The notes below the pieces were generated by a model that saw only the letters and a list, made by a program, of their open reading frames with translations, ran no database searches and was not told where the DNA came from. From a virus, in IMG/VR virus record IMGVR_UViG_3300018080_005419: a stretch of 64,000 nucleotides of DNA, one strand, 5' to 3'. Position 1 is the stretch's first letter; each line of letters starts with the position of its first letter. The position numbers and the translations under genes were made by a program. This document shows positions 27,757 through 37,651 of the stretch, in pieces.

Positions 27757-28254
27757 TTAGGTATAACTTGGAGGTTCTGGTCTAACCATCGGAATTGCTC
27801 CAGGTGGCAAGAATCTACTAACATCTGCTCTCCACCTTTGTCCTTCCAATCGATCTGTCATTGATTTTGCTTGTTCTATAATTGTTAAAGCGTAATCGAT
27901 ATAATTTTGAACTGCTTCGTTAACATTGGCATCTAATTGTTGATATTCTGATTTTATCAATAAACCGGCAGTCCAATAACGAGCAGCTTCTTGTACTCTT
28001 CCTGGATATGTTAAAACCCAAACATTGTCTCTCCGGTTATAGACTCTCATTCTGGCAAGGGGAACAACATATAAAGGCATTAAGTGGTTATCAATTAATC
28101 TATCTACCTGTTCTTGATATCTTTGAACTTGTGCTGCATCTACTGTGCTTAATCTTCCACCTCCTATTTTTAAAGCTTTGACGAGTGGTTTAATGTGTGT
28201 ATCCCATTCGCCAGAGTAATAAGGTTCGCCGGTTGTAGGAGAAATAGTTGCCAT
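27757..28254 (-). CDS. putative head-tail connector (gp6/gp36-like)
   Basis: QEQVDRLIDNHLMPLYVVPL...YPGRVQEAARYWTAGLL pattern, and position. Confidence 0.5.
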   Translation of the reverse strand: MATISPTTGEPYYSGEWDTHIKPLVKALKIGGGRLSTVDAAQVQRYQEQVDRLIDNHLMPLYVVPLARMRVYNRRDNVWVLTYPGRVQEAARYWTAGLLIKSEYQQLDANVNEAVQNYIDYALTIIEQAKSMTDRLEGQRWRADVSRFLPPGAIPMVRPEPPSYT

Positions 28255-28260
28255 AATTAT

Positions 28261-29043
28261 TTATTCCTCAATTAAGATTTTACACCCTGTTTTATCAGCT
28301 AAAAACTGTATTAATTCATCTTTGCTTGCTTTTCCTAAACCATACATTCTTGAAGGCAGAGTCGCTTCTGATTCTTCTGTTTGTGTAAATTTCTTTCTTA
28401 CCTTTTTAGCTCTTGCAGGATTCTTTTTAACTCTCTTTTTCATCTTCTCAAACTCTTCTTCTTTCATGCGCTTTTCTTCTTCTTCTCTATCTTTAATTCG
28501 TTGAGCTTCTGAAACAAGAGCGCCAACACTTGAAGACATAGCATGATATTTTCTATCTTTATATTTTCCTCCACGGCCATATGTACTTATTTGTCCTCCC
28601 TTAATTCCAAAACTAATATCTCCAGCAGGAACATCTTTATCGCTTGGAATTGTTTCAGCAAGGTAAAAGCTTTTAATATCTTGTTGTCTGATTTGTTTCC
28701 GCTTTTCAACTTGAGCGTGTACACCAAAAAGCGCATCCAAGAAAAGCGCAATTTGTTCAAGTTTATCAGAACCCTTAAAAGTAAGAGGCTGACTTAGATT
28801 CATTGGGTTTTTAATTAAATCTTTTTCAGTAAAGACAGCACCACCTTCTCTGTCTTCTCCTGGGCCACCACTTGCTAATTTAGGAAATTCAAATGTGTAG
28901 AATTTATTTTCTTTTGGATGCAGAACAACGACAATATCACCTGGATCTGGAGTAATAGCCGCAATTACTACTCGTTTTCCAAGAATATCGGCAAGCATCT
29001 GAAAGGCGTCTTGTTTTGATGCAAGTTTAAGGGTGCCAGACAT
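28261..29043 (-). CDS. hypothetical protein with related N- and C-terminal motifs
   Basis: AAGGAG SD; LASKQDAFQMLADILGKRVVIA at the N-terminus and ASKDELIQFLADKTGCKILIEE at the C-terminus. Confidence 0.7.
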   Translation of the reverse strand: MSGTLKLASKQDAFQMLADILGKRVVIAAITPDPGDIVVVLHPKENKFYTFEFPKLASGGPGEDREGGAVFTEKDLIKNPMNLSQPLTFKGSDKLEQIALFLDALFGVHAQVEKRKQIRQQDIKSFYLAETIPSDKDVPAGDISFGIKGGQISTYGRGGKYKDRKYHAMSSSVGALVSEAQRIKDREEEEKRMKEEEFEKMKKRVKKNPARAKKVRKKFTQTEESEATLPSRMYGLGKASKDELIQFLADKTGCKILIEE

Positions 29044-29120
29044 TTACGTACTCCTTGCTCTCTGAAATACTTAGAAGACTACAAAATTTCTCATTCCTCC
29101 TTGTTAAATAGCAAAAATAT

Positions 29121-29163
29121 AAAGAAAAAAAGAACCTGCTCGCTATTTAAAGCAAGCAGGTTT
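29121..29163 (-). terminator. Rho-independent terminator
   Basis: Minus strand: AACCTGCTTGCT-TTAAAT-AGCGAGCAGGTT followed by CTTTTTTTCTTT, downstream of the 29204 gene. Confidence 0.8.
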
Positions 29164-29203
29164 AATATCCTTCCCCAACAAGCGTTTTCTTGAGGATTTT
29201 AAT

Positions 29204-29959
29204 CTATCTTCCGAACCATCTATTAATTCTAATTCCTCTTGTTTTTCCATATCCTACGAATTGTCCATGGAAACTACTTCGTCCACCACCCAATCGAATC
29301 GCATCGTAATAAACCCAAGTAGGAACGCTGACATAGGGCTCTTTCTTTAGTCCAGGAAGAACAACATCATTTAATCTAGAGACAGCATTTGATTTTGCCG
29401 TTTCTAATTGAGATAAAACGTTATCTGGGTCTGCAAATATAAGTCTAGTTCTCCATAACAACTCATCTATCATAAGCTTTTCAAGAGCCATAATATATGC
29501 TTGTTCTGCTAATGCTCCGTCCCATTTAGCCGGAGCACTTTCAAGAGTATAATTAGTTCCTGGTTCTGCAGCATTTAAAATATCTACTGAAATTTCTAAT
29601 AAAGCTGAAAGAATAGGATCAGGAAAATAATCAAATAAATAAGTAATATAAAGGGTTTCGCCACGTTCTAGGGTTGGATCTACATTAAACTTACCAAATT
29701 CTGTATCTACTACTGTTAATGTTCCAGCAGCAGCATCAACTCCTACCTGAAGAGCGTTTCTTGTTGCTTCAATTGGTGCATCAGGAAGCCAAGGAAACCA
29801 GATGCTTTGAAGAGCATTTGGATGATGATTTATCTCTTCATCATGCACCTTTAATTGACGATATCTCTCTAAGCGATAAGAGAGCATTTCATCAATTATT
29901 TTATTCTTCCTAGCACTACCAGTATCAGCACTAGGAATATAAGAGCCACTAAGAGCCAT
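29204..29959 (-). CDS. putative head-to-tail adaptor / neck protein
   Basis: First gene of the connector block. YFPDPILSALLEISVDILN...NYTLESAP..W.GAL is an adaptor-like pattern. Confidence 0.45.
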   Translation of the reverse strand: MALSGSYIPSADTGSARKNKIIDEMLSYRLERYRQLKVHDEEINHHPNALQSIWFPWLPDAPIEATRNALQVGVDAAAGTLTVVDTEFGKFNVDPTLERGETLYITYLFDYFPDPILSALLEISVDILNAAEPGTNYTLESAPAKWDGALAEQAYIMALEKLMIDELLWRTRLIFADPDNVLSQLETAKSNAVSRLNDVVLPGLKKEPYVSVPTWVYYDAIRLGGGRSSFHGQFVGYGKTRGIRINRWFGR

Positions 29960-30233
29960 TCTGGCTATTCCTGACTTGAATCATAAGTGAATACATACGT
30001 TCACGTTCTTGGAAAAATTTATGTGCTATTACTTTAGATTCTTCTAAGTGTCCAAAATAGGTATCTTTATGTCTTTTAAAATCGTCGGCATCAACAGAAA
30101 AATCAAACCATACTCTTGGTCTTCCATTTTCTGTTGTTACTGAAGTTCCTAAAAGTGGCACTTCTTTGTAGGCCAGATAAGCTGCAAAGTTTACGTCTGA
30201 GGTGCTGTGCTTATCTCCATCTGTTTTAGGCAT
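29949..30233 (-). CDS. DUF5659-like small protein
   Basis: TSDVNFAAYL....VPL......GRPRVWFDF pattern. Confidence 0.5.
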   Translation of the reverse strand: MPKTDGDKHSTSDVNFAAYLAYKEVPLLGTSVTTENGRPRVWFDFSVDADDFKRHKDTYFGHLEESKVIAHKFFQERERMYSLMIQVRNSQNGS

Positions 30234-30238
30234 TACAT

Positions 30239-30574
30239 TTACTCCTTATCTTCGTCTTTGTCTGCTAAATTTGAAGCTTCGTCCCAAGAATCGCAAACTT
30301 CCCCTTTATAATTAGGAACTACCTTTTTAGGATCACCCCATGTACTTTTAGTTCTCCTTCCGGCAGCAACATTATTTTGGGTCATTTGTTCCTTACGTTT
30401 TGCATCCTGAGATGGCCAGCCACCACCTTTTAAACAAAAAGACTTACCAGATAGTTCAGCATCTAAATCTCTTTTATACTGAACTCCATCAATCGTTTTC
30501 TTACTAGGGGCTTTACCTATAGGAAAATTTAAAATAATTCTTTCACCATCCTTGTTTTTATAGATGTATTCCAC
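30239..30574 (-). CDS. FmdB-like protein lacking the zinc-ribbon cysteines
   Basis: N-terminal YIYKNKDG where FmdB has YEYxC, and a FCLKGGGW motif. Only 2 Cys in the protein. Confidence 0.45.
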   Translation of the reverse strand: MEYIYKNKDGERIILNFPIGKAPSKKTIDGVQYKRDLDAELSGKSFCLKGGGWPSQDAKRKEQMTQNNVAAGRRTKSTWGDPKKVVPNYKGEVCDSWDEASNLADKDEDKE

Positions 30575-30587
30575 CTTGATCCTCCCC

Positions 30588-31844
30588 TTATTTTCTTCTT
30601 CTTAATAATTTACTTGCTGCATTTGATTTAGGGGGATCTTTTGGAGCAGGCGGCTCTATTCTTTCAATGGGCTCAACACCTTGGTCGCTGACACCCATAC
30701 CAGGAACTACTTCTTGTGGCATAATGGTTTCAAGATTAGGATTGTTTACTTGTGGATCTGCTATAGGAGCATTATTTCCAGATTTTGATCTTCGTTTTCC
30801 AACATCAGCATGTTTTTCACTTCTAATTTGTTGGATTCTTTGACTTCTTTCTTCTTTTGATACAGAAGTGACCAATCCTTCATTTAGAGAAGGTCCACTT
30901 ACTTCAGAATCATCACGAATTACAGGAAGTCCACGAATATATTGTTGTCCATTTTCATCCACTTTAATACTAGTATCTGCAATCTTTTGTCTGATTTCAT
31001 TTTGAATTTGACCAGACTTTTTAATATCCCAACTCTTTTGACCTGCCAATACTGGACTGAGAGGTTTTCCTGTTGCCGTTCTTGTTCTAACCTCTTCTCG
31101 CATCAAAGGAGAAGGATTAGAAGAACGGACAATCTGACCTTGTTGTGGACTGTCAGAATAATGCACTTCCATTTCTCTTTTCTCAGTTGGCTTCATTACA
31201 CTTACTTCGCTTGTAGGTGTAACATTAATAGGAGCTTCTTTTCTTGGTTTGGCCTTATGTGTATGTGAGATATCGATACTTTGAACGATATCTTGGTCAG
31301 AACGGTCAATCATATTTCTAACTCTTTGATCTTTTTCATCTCTAGTTTCAATATGTCTTCTTAATTGTGCTGCCTTCTTTTCTTGTTCAATTACTTGTTG
31401 TTGCTCGTATGCCTGACTTTCTTCTCCATATGGTTCAGCAGCACCGATACGAGCAGCAATTTCTAGATCTTTAACATTGTTGTATACTTCACCGTTAGAC
31501 TCACAACGCATTACTTTGTTTGCCCAGTCTACAGTAAAAATAGTACCAACAGAGAATCCTTCATTGATTAAACCAAATTGCATTTCTTTTGTTAGAATCC
31601 ACTGTGTTGGTTTTTCATCAGCACGGATAATAGATGATTGTTTAGGCATATTTTCCTTTTGTTCTAGGGTGTCTTCTTCTATAGATGTAGTTTCAGACTT
31701 ACGAGGTCTGCCTCTACGACGACCTGTTTTTTTCTTGGTCGTTTTCTTTTTGGTAGACTTTTTCTTGGAAGCTTTCTTTTTGCGGCGAGCTTTCTTCTTT
31801 GTTGTCTTTACTTCTTCATTTTCTTCTTTTTTCTTTCTTGGCAT
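30588..31844 (-). CDS. protein with a histone-H1-like Lys-rich N-terminus and AT-hook (418 aa)
   Basis: KKKARRKKKASKKKSTKKKTTKKKTGRRRGRPRKS; AAGGAG SD. Confidence 0.7.
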   Translation of the reverse strand: MPRKKKEENEEVKTTKKKARRKKKASKKKSTKKKTTKKKTGRRRGRPRKSETTSIEEDTLEQKENMPKQSSIIRADEKPTQWILTKEMQFGLINEGFSVGTIFTVDWANKVMRCESNGEVYNNVKDLEIAARIGAAEPYGEESQAYEQQQVIEQEKKAAQLRRHIETRDEKDQRVRNMIDRSDQDIVQSIDISHTHKAKPRKEAPINVTPTSEVSVMKPTEKREMEVHYSDSPQQGQIVRSSNPSPLMREEVRTRTATGKPLSPVLAGQKSWDIKKSGQIQNEIRQKIADTSIKVDENGQQYIRGLPVIRDDSEVSGPSLNEGLVTSVSKEERSQRIQQIRSEKHADVGKRRSKSGNNAPIADPQVNNPNLETIMPQEVVPGMGVSDQGVEPIERIEPPAPKDPPKSNAASKLLRRRK

Positions 31845-31918
31845 TTCAATTCTCCTTTTTTCTTTTTACTTTTATTTGCTAATCTATGTTAATTTCCCTA
31901 AAAATAAATTAGGGTTAT

Positions 31919-32284
31919 TTATTTTTCTTCGTCTCCAATTTCCTCCATATTGGTATGAAGCAATGTATATAATTCTGGATTGCTTTCAGAAATTTTGTTC
32001 CAGAAAGCAAGATCAACTAATGGTTTAGCAATCTTATTCTCTGTGCAATTTACCAAAGCTATAACATTCTCTGTTGAAGCTGTAATCATATGTTTAGCAA
32101 TTTCTTTCTTTTGTTCTTGGAGTTCTGCTATCTTTGTATCAATTTCATTTATTTGTTTAATCTCATTTGCGCATTTGTTTGTAAAATCAGACGTTTCTCT
32201 ATTAACAGCATCTTGGTCTATTTGATCAGCAATAGACCAAAGTGCTAAACGACGAGCAAGTTTTTTTTGTCTCTCTTGCTTCAC
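31919..32284 (-). CDS. hypothetical coiled-coil protein (121 aa)
   Basis: GTG start behind AAGGAAG. Confidence 0.65.
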   Translation of the reverse strand: MKQERQKKLARRLALWSIADQIDQDAVNRETSDFTNKCANEIKQINEIDTKIAELQEQKKEIAKHMITASTENVIALVNCTENKIAKPLVDLAFWNKISESNPELYTLLHTNMEEIGDEEK

Positions 32285-32377
32285 TTGAATACTTCCTTTT
32301 AATATTTAAATAGAAACACATAAAATTCTCTTATCAACTATGGCTAAACAATAAAAAAATAATGAAAATTTTTAAAA

Positions 32378-35300
32378 TTATCCGCACCCACCAAAGTAAC
32401 CACAAGAAGGACAAGTAGGACATTTATCAGTACCATCTGTCATAATAGCACCACATTGAGGACATGCAGGACGAATCATACTAGATAAAGTATTGTCATT
32501 AATATTGTCATCATTTTGTTGAGGTTCTATAACCTTTTGTTGTTTCTTTGGTTTATGTTCTTCTTTTTGCTTTTTTTCTTGTTCTTGTGGTAATTGAAAT
32601 TCTTTAAATATACTAGGGTCTTTTAAATATCCTTCATCATCAAAATGCATCAACATCAATCTAGCAATATAGTCTACTGGGCTTGTTACTCTACGTAGCT
32701 CATCTTTTCTTCCTGTAAATCCCTTAGGCTCAAATTCAACATTTATAAATTTCGAACAAAGATTTCCTAAAGACTCACCTCTCTGTAGGGCAATCGAGAA
32801 AGCAATAGACCAGCATTCAAGCATATTATTCAGAGAAGAACCAGGATTACCAAAGGTCAGGAAAAACTCACAAATACGCCCATCAGGATACAGGAAAATT
32901 TGAAGATATCCTTGAGCTTGTCCAATTTTAATTCTGAATCTTAGCCCTCTTAATAAATCTCCTGGTCTTCTTCTTTGACCCCAATTTCTTCTAGCTTCAA
33001 CAATATCCTGATTTGTAATGCCCAAGGTTTCTAAGACATGAACAATATCGATAGCATTCTCATTCTTTCTTCTTGCCATTTCATTAAAGAGATCGTTATT
33101 TGTTAATCTTGTTATAAGTTCTTCAGAGTTAATAGAAATATCGCCATTTTGTTTTATAGCCAGAGGAGCAGAAGCCTTACAGTTATCTCTATATATGGAA
33201 ATTCCCTTACAACCTAATTTATATCCCATCTTAAAAGCTTCTGAAATATCATCTGTTGTTGAGGATTCTGGCATATTGATCGTTTTTGAAATACCACCAG
33301 AAACAAACGATTGAAGAGCCGCTAACATCTTAATATGACCCTTCCAATGAATCGTACCTTCTTCACCCAATGGAGAGGCTGCACATTTAAAAATATCTAC
33401 ATGTTGAGATTTAATTGCAGATCCTTTTACATGACCTTTTTCTTGAATATCATTACAAATAGAATCAATCTGGTCTTGTGTATATCCCAAGTTCTTTAAA
33501 GAATCAGAAATACAATTATTTACAAGCTTCATCATTCCACCACCAGCCAATGTTTTATATGTTACTAATGCATAACAAGGCTCAATACCAGTAGAATCAC
33601 AACCCATAATCAGAGAAATGGTTCCTGTTGGCGCTGCTACTGTTACTTGTCCATTTCTATATCCAAAACTTCCTCCCATAGAAATAGCTTCATCCCAACA
33701 TTCTTTTGCTGCTTTAAACAATTCTTTTGTTTTAGAAGAATAATGATCCTTATCTAATAATGGCAATGGTTTAATTTTTAATTTTTCATATTCTCCAACT
33801 TTTTTAACAACATCTCTTCTGGATAAAGGTTCCATGTCTTCGTGTAATCCATATGCTGCTCTACGATGATTACGTATAGCCTTTAATATATATTCTCTAT
33901 TTCTGTCATATGCAGGAAAAGCACCTAAATGTTCAGCAATTTCAGCAGAAGTAGTATAAGAATGTCCTGTCATAATAGACATCAATGCAGCAGCTATATT
34001 CATACTAACTTCAGAATCATAAGGTTGACCCATCAGCATTAAAAGAGTACCTAAATTTGCAGGTCCTAATCCTGTATTCCTATATTTCCAGACATTATGT
34101 GCTACTGCTTCGGAGGGTAATTGGGCCATGTCATTTGTCAGATCTAAAACAATTTGCCACATACGGATGGCATGTTTATAATTATCTACATTGAAAGTTT
34201 GAGATTTAATATCGAAAAACTTTGCTAAATTAATAGATGCTAAATTGCATGCGGTGTCGTTCAGAGAAATGTATTCTGAGCAATTTGAAACCAACATTTG
34301 ATCAGTAAAAAAATTATGATGTTTAGGGACATTTAAATCATAAACATCTTCTGTGTTAGATATTTCATTTACTTCAATTATTTTACTTTGTTTAATTTTT
34401 AAATTTTTGTTTAAAGTATAAATAATTTCTTCTGTTAATTCTTTTGCTCTTACCCACCCATTATTTGTATAAACCTCATGATCTGGGGTAAGTTTTAATT
34501 TTCCTTTGTTTGTTTTGATAATAACTAATTTAGCATTTCTTCTTGTAACTCCTAAATTATGAGCTTTAGCAACAACAACATTACCCTTATCATCACAAGA
34601 CAAAACTTTTACCGTTTTACTCTTAATATTTTTGATTTTTACTTTCTTGACTTTATCTTTTTCATTAACAACATAGACCAATGTGTCACCTGCCAGACAT
34701 GGATTTGTAGAATAAATTCTCCCATCAGCAGCAAGAGTATTCCAATCATTCATTGTACTATTAAAATGAATTGCAGGATCAGCACATTTCCAAGCAGATA
34801 AAATCATCTCTTCCCAAATTTCTGATGCTTTATATGATTTGGCAGGCTTACAAAGATCGTTAAGTTTTTCATAATCAACATTTCCTAATTCATCTGTAAA
34901 TTGTTTTTTGTCTAATCTCCACCATGTATCCCAAACTTCGCCATCCTCTAAAGCTTCCATAAATTCGTGAGAAACCGCTACACTGTTATTTCCATTTTGA
35001 CCACTTACTGTTTTATATGCTTCTCCATTAAAATCAGATTCATATCCTGCTGCAATTAATGCTTTTGCTTTCTTTTCTTCTTGAGATTTCCATTTAACAT
35101 ATTCCATAATATCTGGGTGATCAACGTCAACAACAAGCATTTTAGCAGCCCGTCTAGTATTGTGGGTAAATACACCGTGTAAGTATCTTGTTTGACCTTC
35201 TTTGTTAATTGGCTTATCTATTATGCAAACTACAGCAAAGTTCTGTTTGTCTTCTTCTTCATTGTCAACAGAAAGATTGTATGTTGGCTGAACACCTATT

Positions 35301-36493
35301 GGAGAAACAAGGCTGACTATGCATTCATTAATCTCCCCATATCCACGACATTTATTTCCTTTTTCTAATTTAAATGCTTTTACATATTCACCACTTGTTA
35401 AAAGAAACGGATGATCAAAAGAAACATTATATTCTTGCCCATCTGTAAATTTAACGTTTACACATTCTTTGTCTTCTGATTGGAAAACTTCTTTGACTGG
35501 TCTTAGAACTGTTTGGGAAGTATCTTTATCCCAGGAATAAACACGAGGAGAAAATTCTGCTTCTGCTAATTGTTGAATAGTAAATACTCCCTCTTCAGTT
35601 GGGATTTTTGTATCGGCACATAAACAGATCCCTCCAGACTTAATACAATCTGCAGCACGATCAAAAATTCTCAGGAACGACATTAATCCAGAAGAAGTAC
35701 CACCACCAGATAACATTTCTCCATCTGCTCTTAGATTGCTAAAGTTTGTACCCGCCCCACTTCCTAATTTAAAAATTCTCGCTTCTTTTCTTAAGAGATC
35801 ATAAATACCACCTTCATCCAATAAGTTATCTTCCAATCCTAAAATAAAACATGCATGGGCTTGACTTCTAGAATAAAGATCTGGTGATTTATTTACAGTG
35901 CCATCATCAGTCGCATAACAGTGACCGCATGGATTTCCTTTAATTCCATAAGCCCACCAAATTCCAGTATTAAAAAATTGAGGGCTATTTGGAGCAGCCA
36001 TTTGATGATACAACATATAGACTATTTCATCATAAAAAGCCTGAGCATATTCTTCACAAGGCTCATTATCCTCATTATTAAAATAGCCCTTAAGACAACC
36101 CCAATATGTCCATGCTCCTGCTAATCTATTGAATACTTGCTTTACACTTGTTTCTCCATGACCTACTGTGTCTGTATCAGGTTCATCATCAGATATAGAA
36201 GGCAAAATCCATTCAGGGTAATTAGATATTTTTCCGGCAATCTCTTCTAAACCTTGTGGCAGTGCATATGATGATTTTGTTTTAAATGGAATACCCGATC
36301 TTCTGAAATACTTAGAAGCCATAATGTCTACAGTTTGCTGGCTCCAATGTGCTGGTGCTTCTATGTCATTTAATTCATAGAGAATATTATTTGATCTATG
36401 GTCTTTGAGTTGAACATTAAATTTTTTCCATTTCAAAGAATCAAATATGTTCTTACCTTTTAAATCCTGAGTAAAGATACGATTGATTTCCAT
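32378..36493 (-). CDS. nrdJ: class II (adenosylcobalamin-dependent) ribonucleotide reductase with two inteins, TSCPD domain and C-terminal zinc ribbon
   Basis: APNSPQFFNTG, QAHACFI, IKSGG-/-TRRAAKM, STNP-/-CSEY, RNTGLGPANLG, VAAPTGTISLIMGCDSTGIEP, SGGISKTINMP, KGISIYRDNCK, terminal CPQC...CPTCPSCGYFGGCG. Confidence 0.95.
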   Translation of the reverse strand: MEINRIFTQDLKGKNIFDSLKWKKFNVQLKDHRSNNILYELNDIEAPAHWSQQTVDIMASKYFRRSGIPFKTKSSYALPQGLEEIAGKISNYPEWILPSISDDEPDTDTVGHGETSVKQVFNRLAGAWTYWGCLKGYFNNEDNEPCEEYAQAFYDEIVYMLYHQMAAPNSPQFFNTGIWWAYGIKGNPCGHCYATDDGTVNKSPDLYSRSQAHACFILGLEDNLLDEGGIYDLLRKEARIFKLGSGAGTNFSNLRADGEMLSGGGTSSGLMSFLRIFDRAADCIKSGGICLCADTKIPTEEGVFTIQQLAEAEFSPRVYSWDKDTSQTVLRPVKEVFQSEDKECVNVKFTDGQEYNVSFDHPFLLTSGEYVKAFKLEKGNKCRGYGEINECIVSLVSPIGVQPTYNLSVDNEEEDKQNFAVVCIIDKPINKEGQTRYLHGVFTHNTRRAAKMLVVDVDHPDIMEYVKWKSQEEKKAKALIAAGYESDFNGEAYKTVSGQNGNNSVAVSHEFMEALEDGEVWDTWWRLDKKQFTDELGNVDYEKLNDLCKPAKSYKASEIWEEMILSAWKCADPAIHFNSTMNDWNTLAADGRIYSTNPCLAGDTLVYVVNEKDKVKKVKIKNIKSKTVKVLSCDDKGNVVVAKAHNLGVTRRNAKLVIIKTNKGKLKLTPDHEVYTNNGWVRAKELTEEIIYTLNKNLKIKQSKIIEVNEISNTEDVYDLNVPKHHNFFTDQMLVSNCSEYISLNDTACNLASINLAKFFDIKSQTFNVDNYKHAIRMWQIVLDLTNDMAQLPSEAVAHNVWKYRNTGLGPANLGTLLMLMGQPYDSEVSMNIAAALMSIMTGHSYTTSAEIAEHLGAFPAYDRNREYILKAIRNHRRAAYGLHEDMEPLSRRDVVKKVGEYEKLKIKPLPLLDKDHYSSKTKELFKAAKECWDEAISMGGSFGYRNGQVTVAAPTGTISLIMGCDSTGIEPCYALVTYKTLAGGGMMKLVNNCISDSLKNLGYTQDQIDSICNDIQEKGHVKGSAIKSQHVDIFKCAASPLGEEGTIHWKGHIKMLAALQSFVSGGISKTINMPESSTTDDISEAFKMGYKLGCKGISIYRDNCKASAPLAIKQNGDISINSEELITRLTNNDLFNEMARRKNENAIDIVHVLETLGITNQDIVEARRNWGQRRRPGDLLRGLRFRIKIGQAQGYLQIFLYPDGRICEFFLTFGNPGSSLNNMLECWSIAFSIALQRGESLGNLCSKFINVEFEPKGFTGRKDELRRVTSPVDYIARLMLMHFDDEGYLKDPSIFKEFQLPQEQEKKQKEEHKPKKQQKVIEPQQNDDNINDNTLSSMIRPACPQCGAIMTDGTDKCPTCPSCGYFGGCG
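34283..34699 (-). mobile_element. mini-intein (139 aa) inserted immediately before the thiyl-radical Cys of NrdJ
   Basis: NP|CLAGDTLV...LTPDHEVYT...DVYDLNVPKHHNFFTDQMLVSN|CSEY. No endonuclease domain; penultimate residue is Ser rather than His. Confidence 0.92.
35159..35626 (-). mobile_element. mini-intein (156 aa) in the NrdJ SGG-x-TRRAA loop
   Basis: GGI|CLCADTKI...VSFDHPFLL...PTYNLSV...GVFTHN|TRRAA. No endonuclease domain. Confidence 0.92.
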
Positions 36494-36517
36494 GCTTATC
36501 CTTTTCTAGAATTTACA

Positions 36518-36568
36518 CAAAAGAAAATAGTATCCCTTTAGAATTAAATATCTAATTGGGACACTATT
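36518..36568 (-). terminator. Rho-independent terminator upstream of nrdJ
   Basis: Minus strand: AATAGTGTCCC...GGGATACTATT stem (with an inner TTAGA/TCTAA stem), followed by TTCTTTTG. Confidence 0.65.
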
Positions 36569-36584
36569 AATTATAACTAAGTGA

Positions 36585-37637
36585 TTAAGGTGTTTCGGGA
36601 GGATTTTCTTGTATTTCTTCAACGTACTTCTCTACAACTTGAGGAGCCGGAACATCAGACAGATCAAGTTTAAGAGCTTTGTCACGTAATGCATCAACCT
36701 GTTTTGCTGCCAGACTAAGCAATTTCTCCACAAAGTCTGATTCATAGTTTCTTAAAAGACCAACCAAAGTCTCATTTAACTCTTGATTTTCCAGTATATT
36801 CATCAACGCAGTTTCAATATCATTAATTGCTCTCAGTTTAAAATCAGGAGATCTATACGAGAGAGTTAGCGAATCTGTAATTTGACGCCCCAGTCTCGAC
36901 AATATATCATAAAGATCTATATCAACCACATCAGAACCACGCATTTTATCACAAATAGCTTTCCCGATCATTCCAATTATTACAGTCTCGGGTTTCGACC
37001 GCATTTCTTCTAGCTTATCATATGCACCCTGAACCTCTACTTGTTGCATATCAAGAGAATTAAGAGCTTGAGCATCATTTATTTGTTTAATAGCATCGAA
37101 TACTTTTTGAGCACTTTCTTCTACAATTGCGTCTTTTGCCAGTTCTTTTGCTGCTTTAAGAATTCTTGCTGTTTTCTGATTAGTTACAGATTGGGGTCTT
37201 TCTACTGGCGCTACTTCTGCTTCCACTTCTTCTTCTTCAGTTTTAAGAGGAGACCCAAGAACTTCGTCTATTTTTTGCATTAATGCTGCTACCTCACTTG
37301 AATTAAATTGAGGCTTTGTTTGCGACTTATCTTTTGTTGAGGGAGCAGATGTAACCGGGTTTTTCCAATGTACTCTGACACCTAATTGATGAATATCGTC
37401 GTTAGGACCAATTAAAGAAGGTTGTACCCATGCAGCCATATATTGTTCTCTAAGTGTATTTCCACTACGATCTTTAATCACAGAAAATTCAACATCCCAA
37501 TCAAAAGAAGACTCGGGAACTTCTAATGTATATTCGGCTCCATGTCTTAAAGCAAGCTCATCGTTAAGAGGAGCCAGAATTTCCTGTTTGCAGAAAACCC
37601 AGTGTCTATTTGAAGCTTTTCGTCTGCGTAGTGCCAT
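36585..37637 (-). CDS. hypothetical protein (350 aa)
   Basis: AAGGAG SD, long ORF, no family recognised. Confidence 0.75.
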   Translation of the reverse strand: MALRRRKASNRHWVFCKQEILAPLNDELALRHGAEYTLEVPESSFDWDVEFSVIKDRSGNTLREQYMAAWVQPSLIGPNDDIHQLGVRVHWKNPVTSAPSTKDKSQTKPQFNSSEVAALMQKIDEVLGSPLKTEEEEVEAEVAPVERPQSVTNQKTARILKAAKELAKDAIVEESAQKVFDAIKQINDAQALNSLDMQQVEVQGAYDKLEEMRSKPETVIIGMIGKAICDKMRGSDVVDIDLYDILSRLGRQITDSLTLSYRSPDFKLRAINDIETALMNILENQELNETLVGLLRNYESDFVEKLLSLAAKQVDALRDKALKLDLSDVPAPQVVEKYVEEIQENPPETP

Positions 37638-37651
37638 TATTTAATTTCTCC

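Noticed and set aside
36494-36584. Cobalamin riboswitch upstream of nrdJ
   Set aside because: The spacer is only about 90 nt, AT-rich, mostly occupied by a terminator-like hairpin, and has no B12-box.
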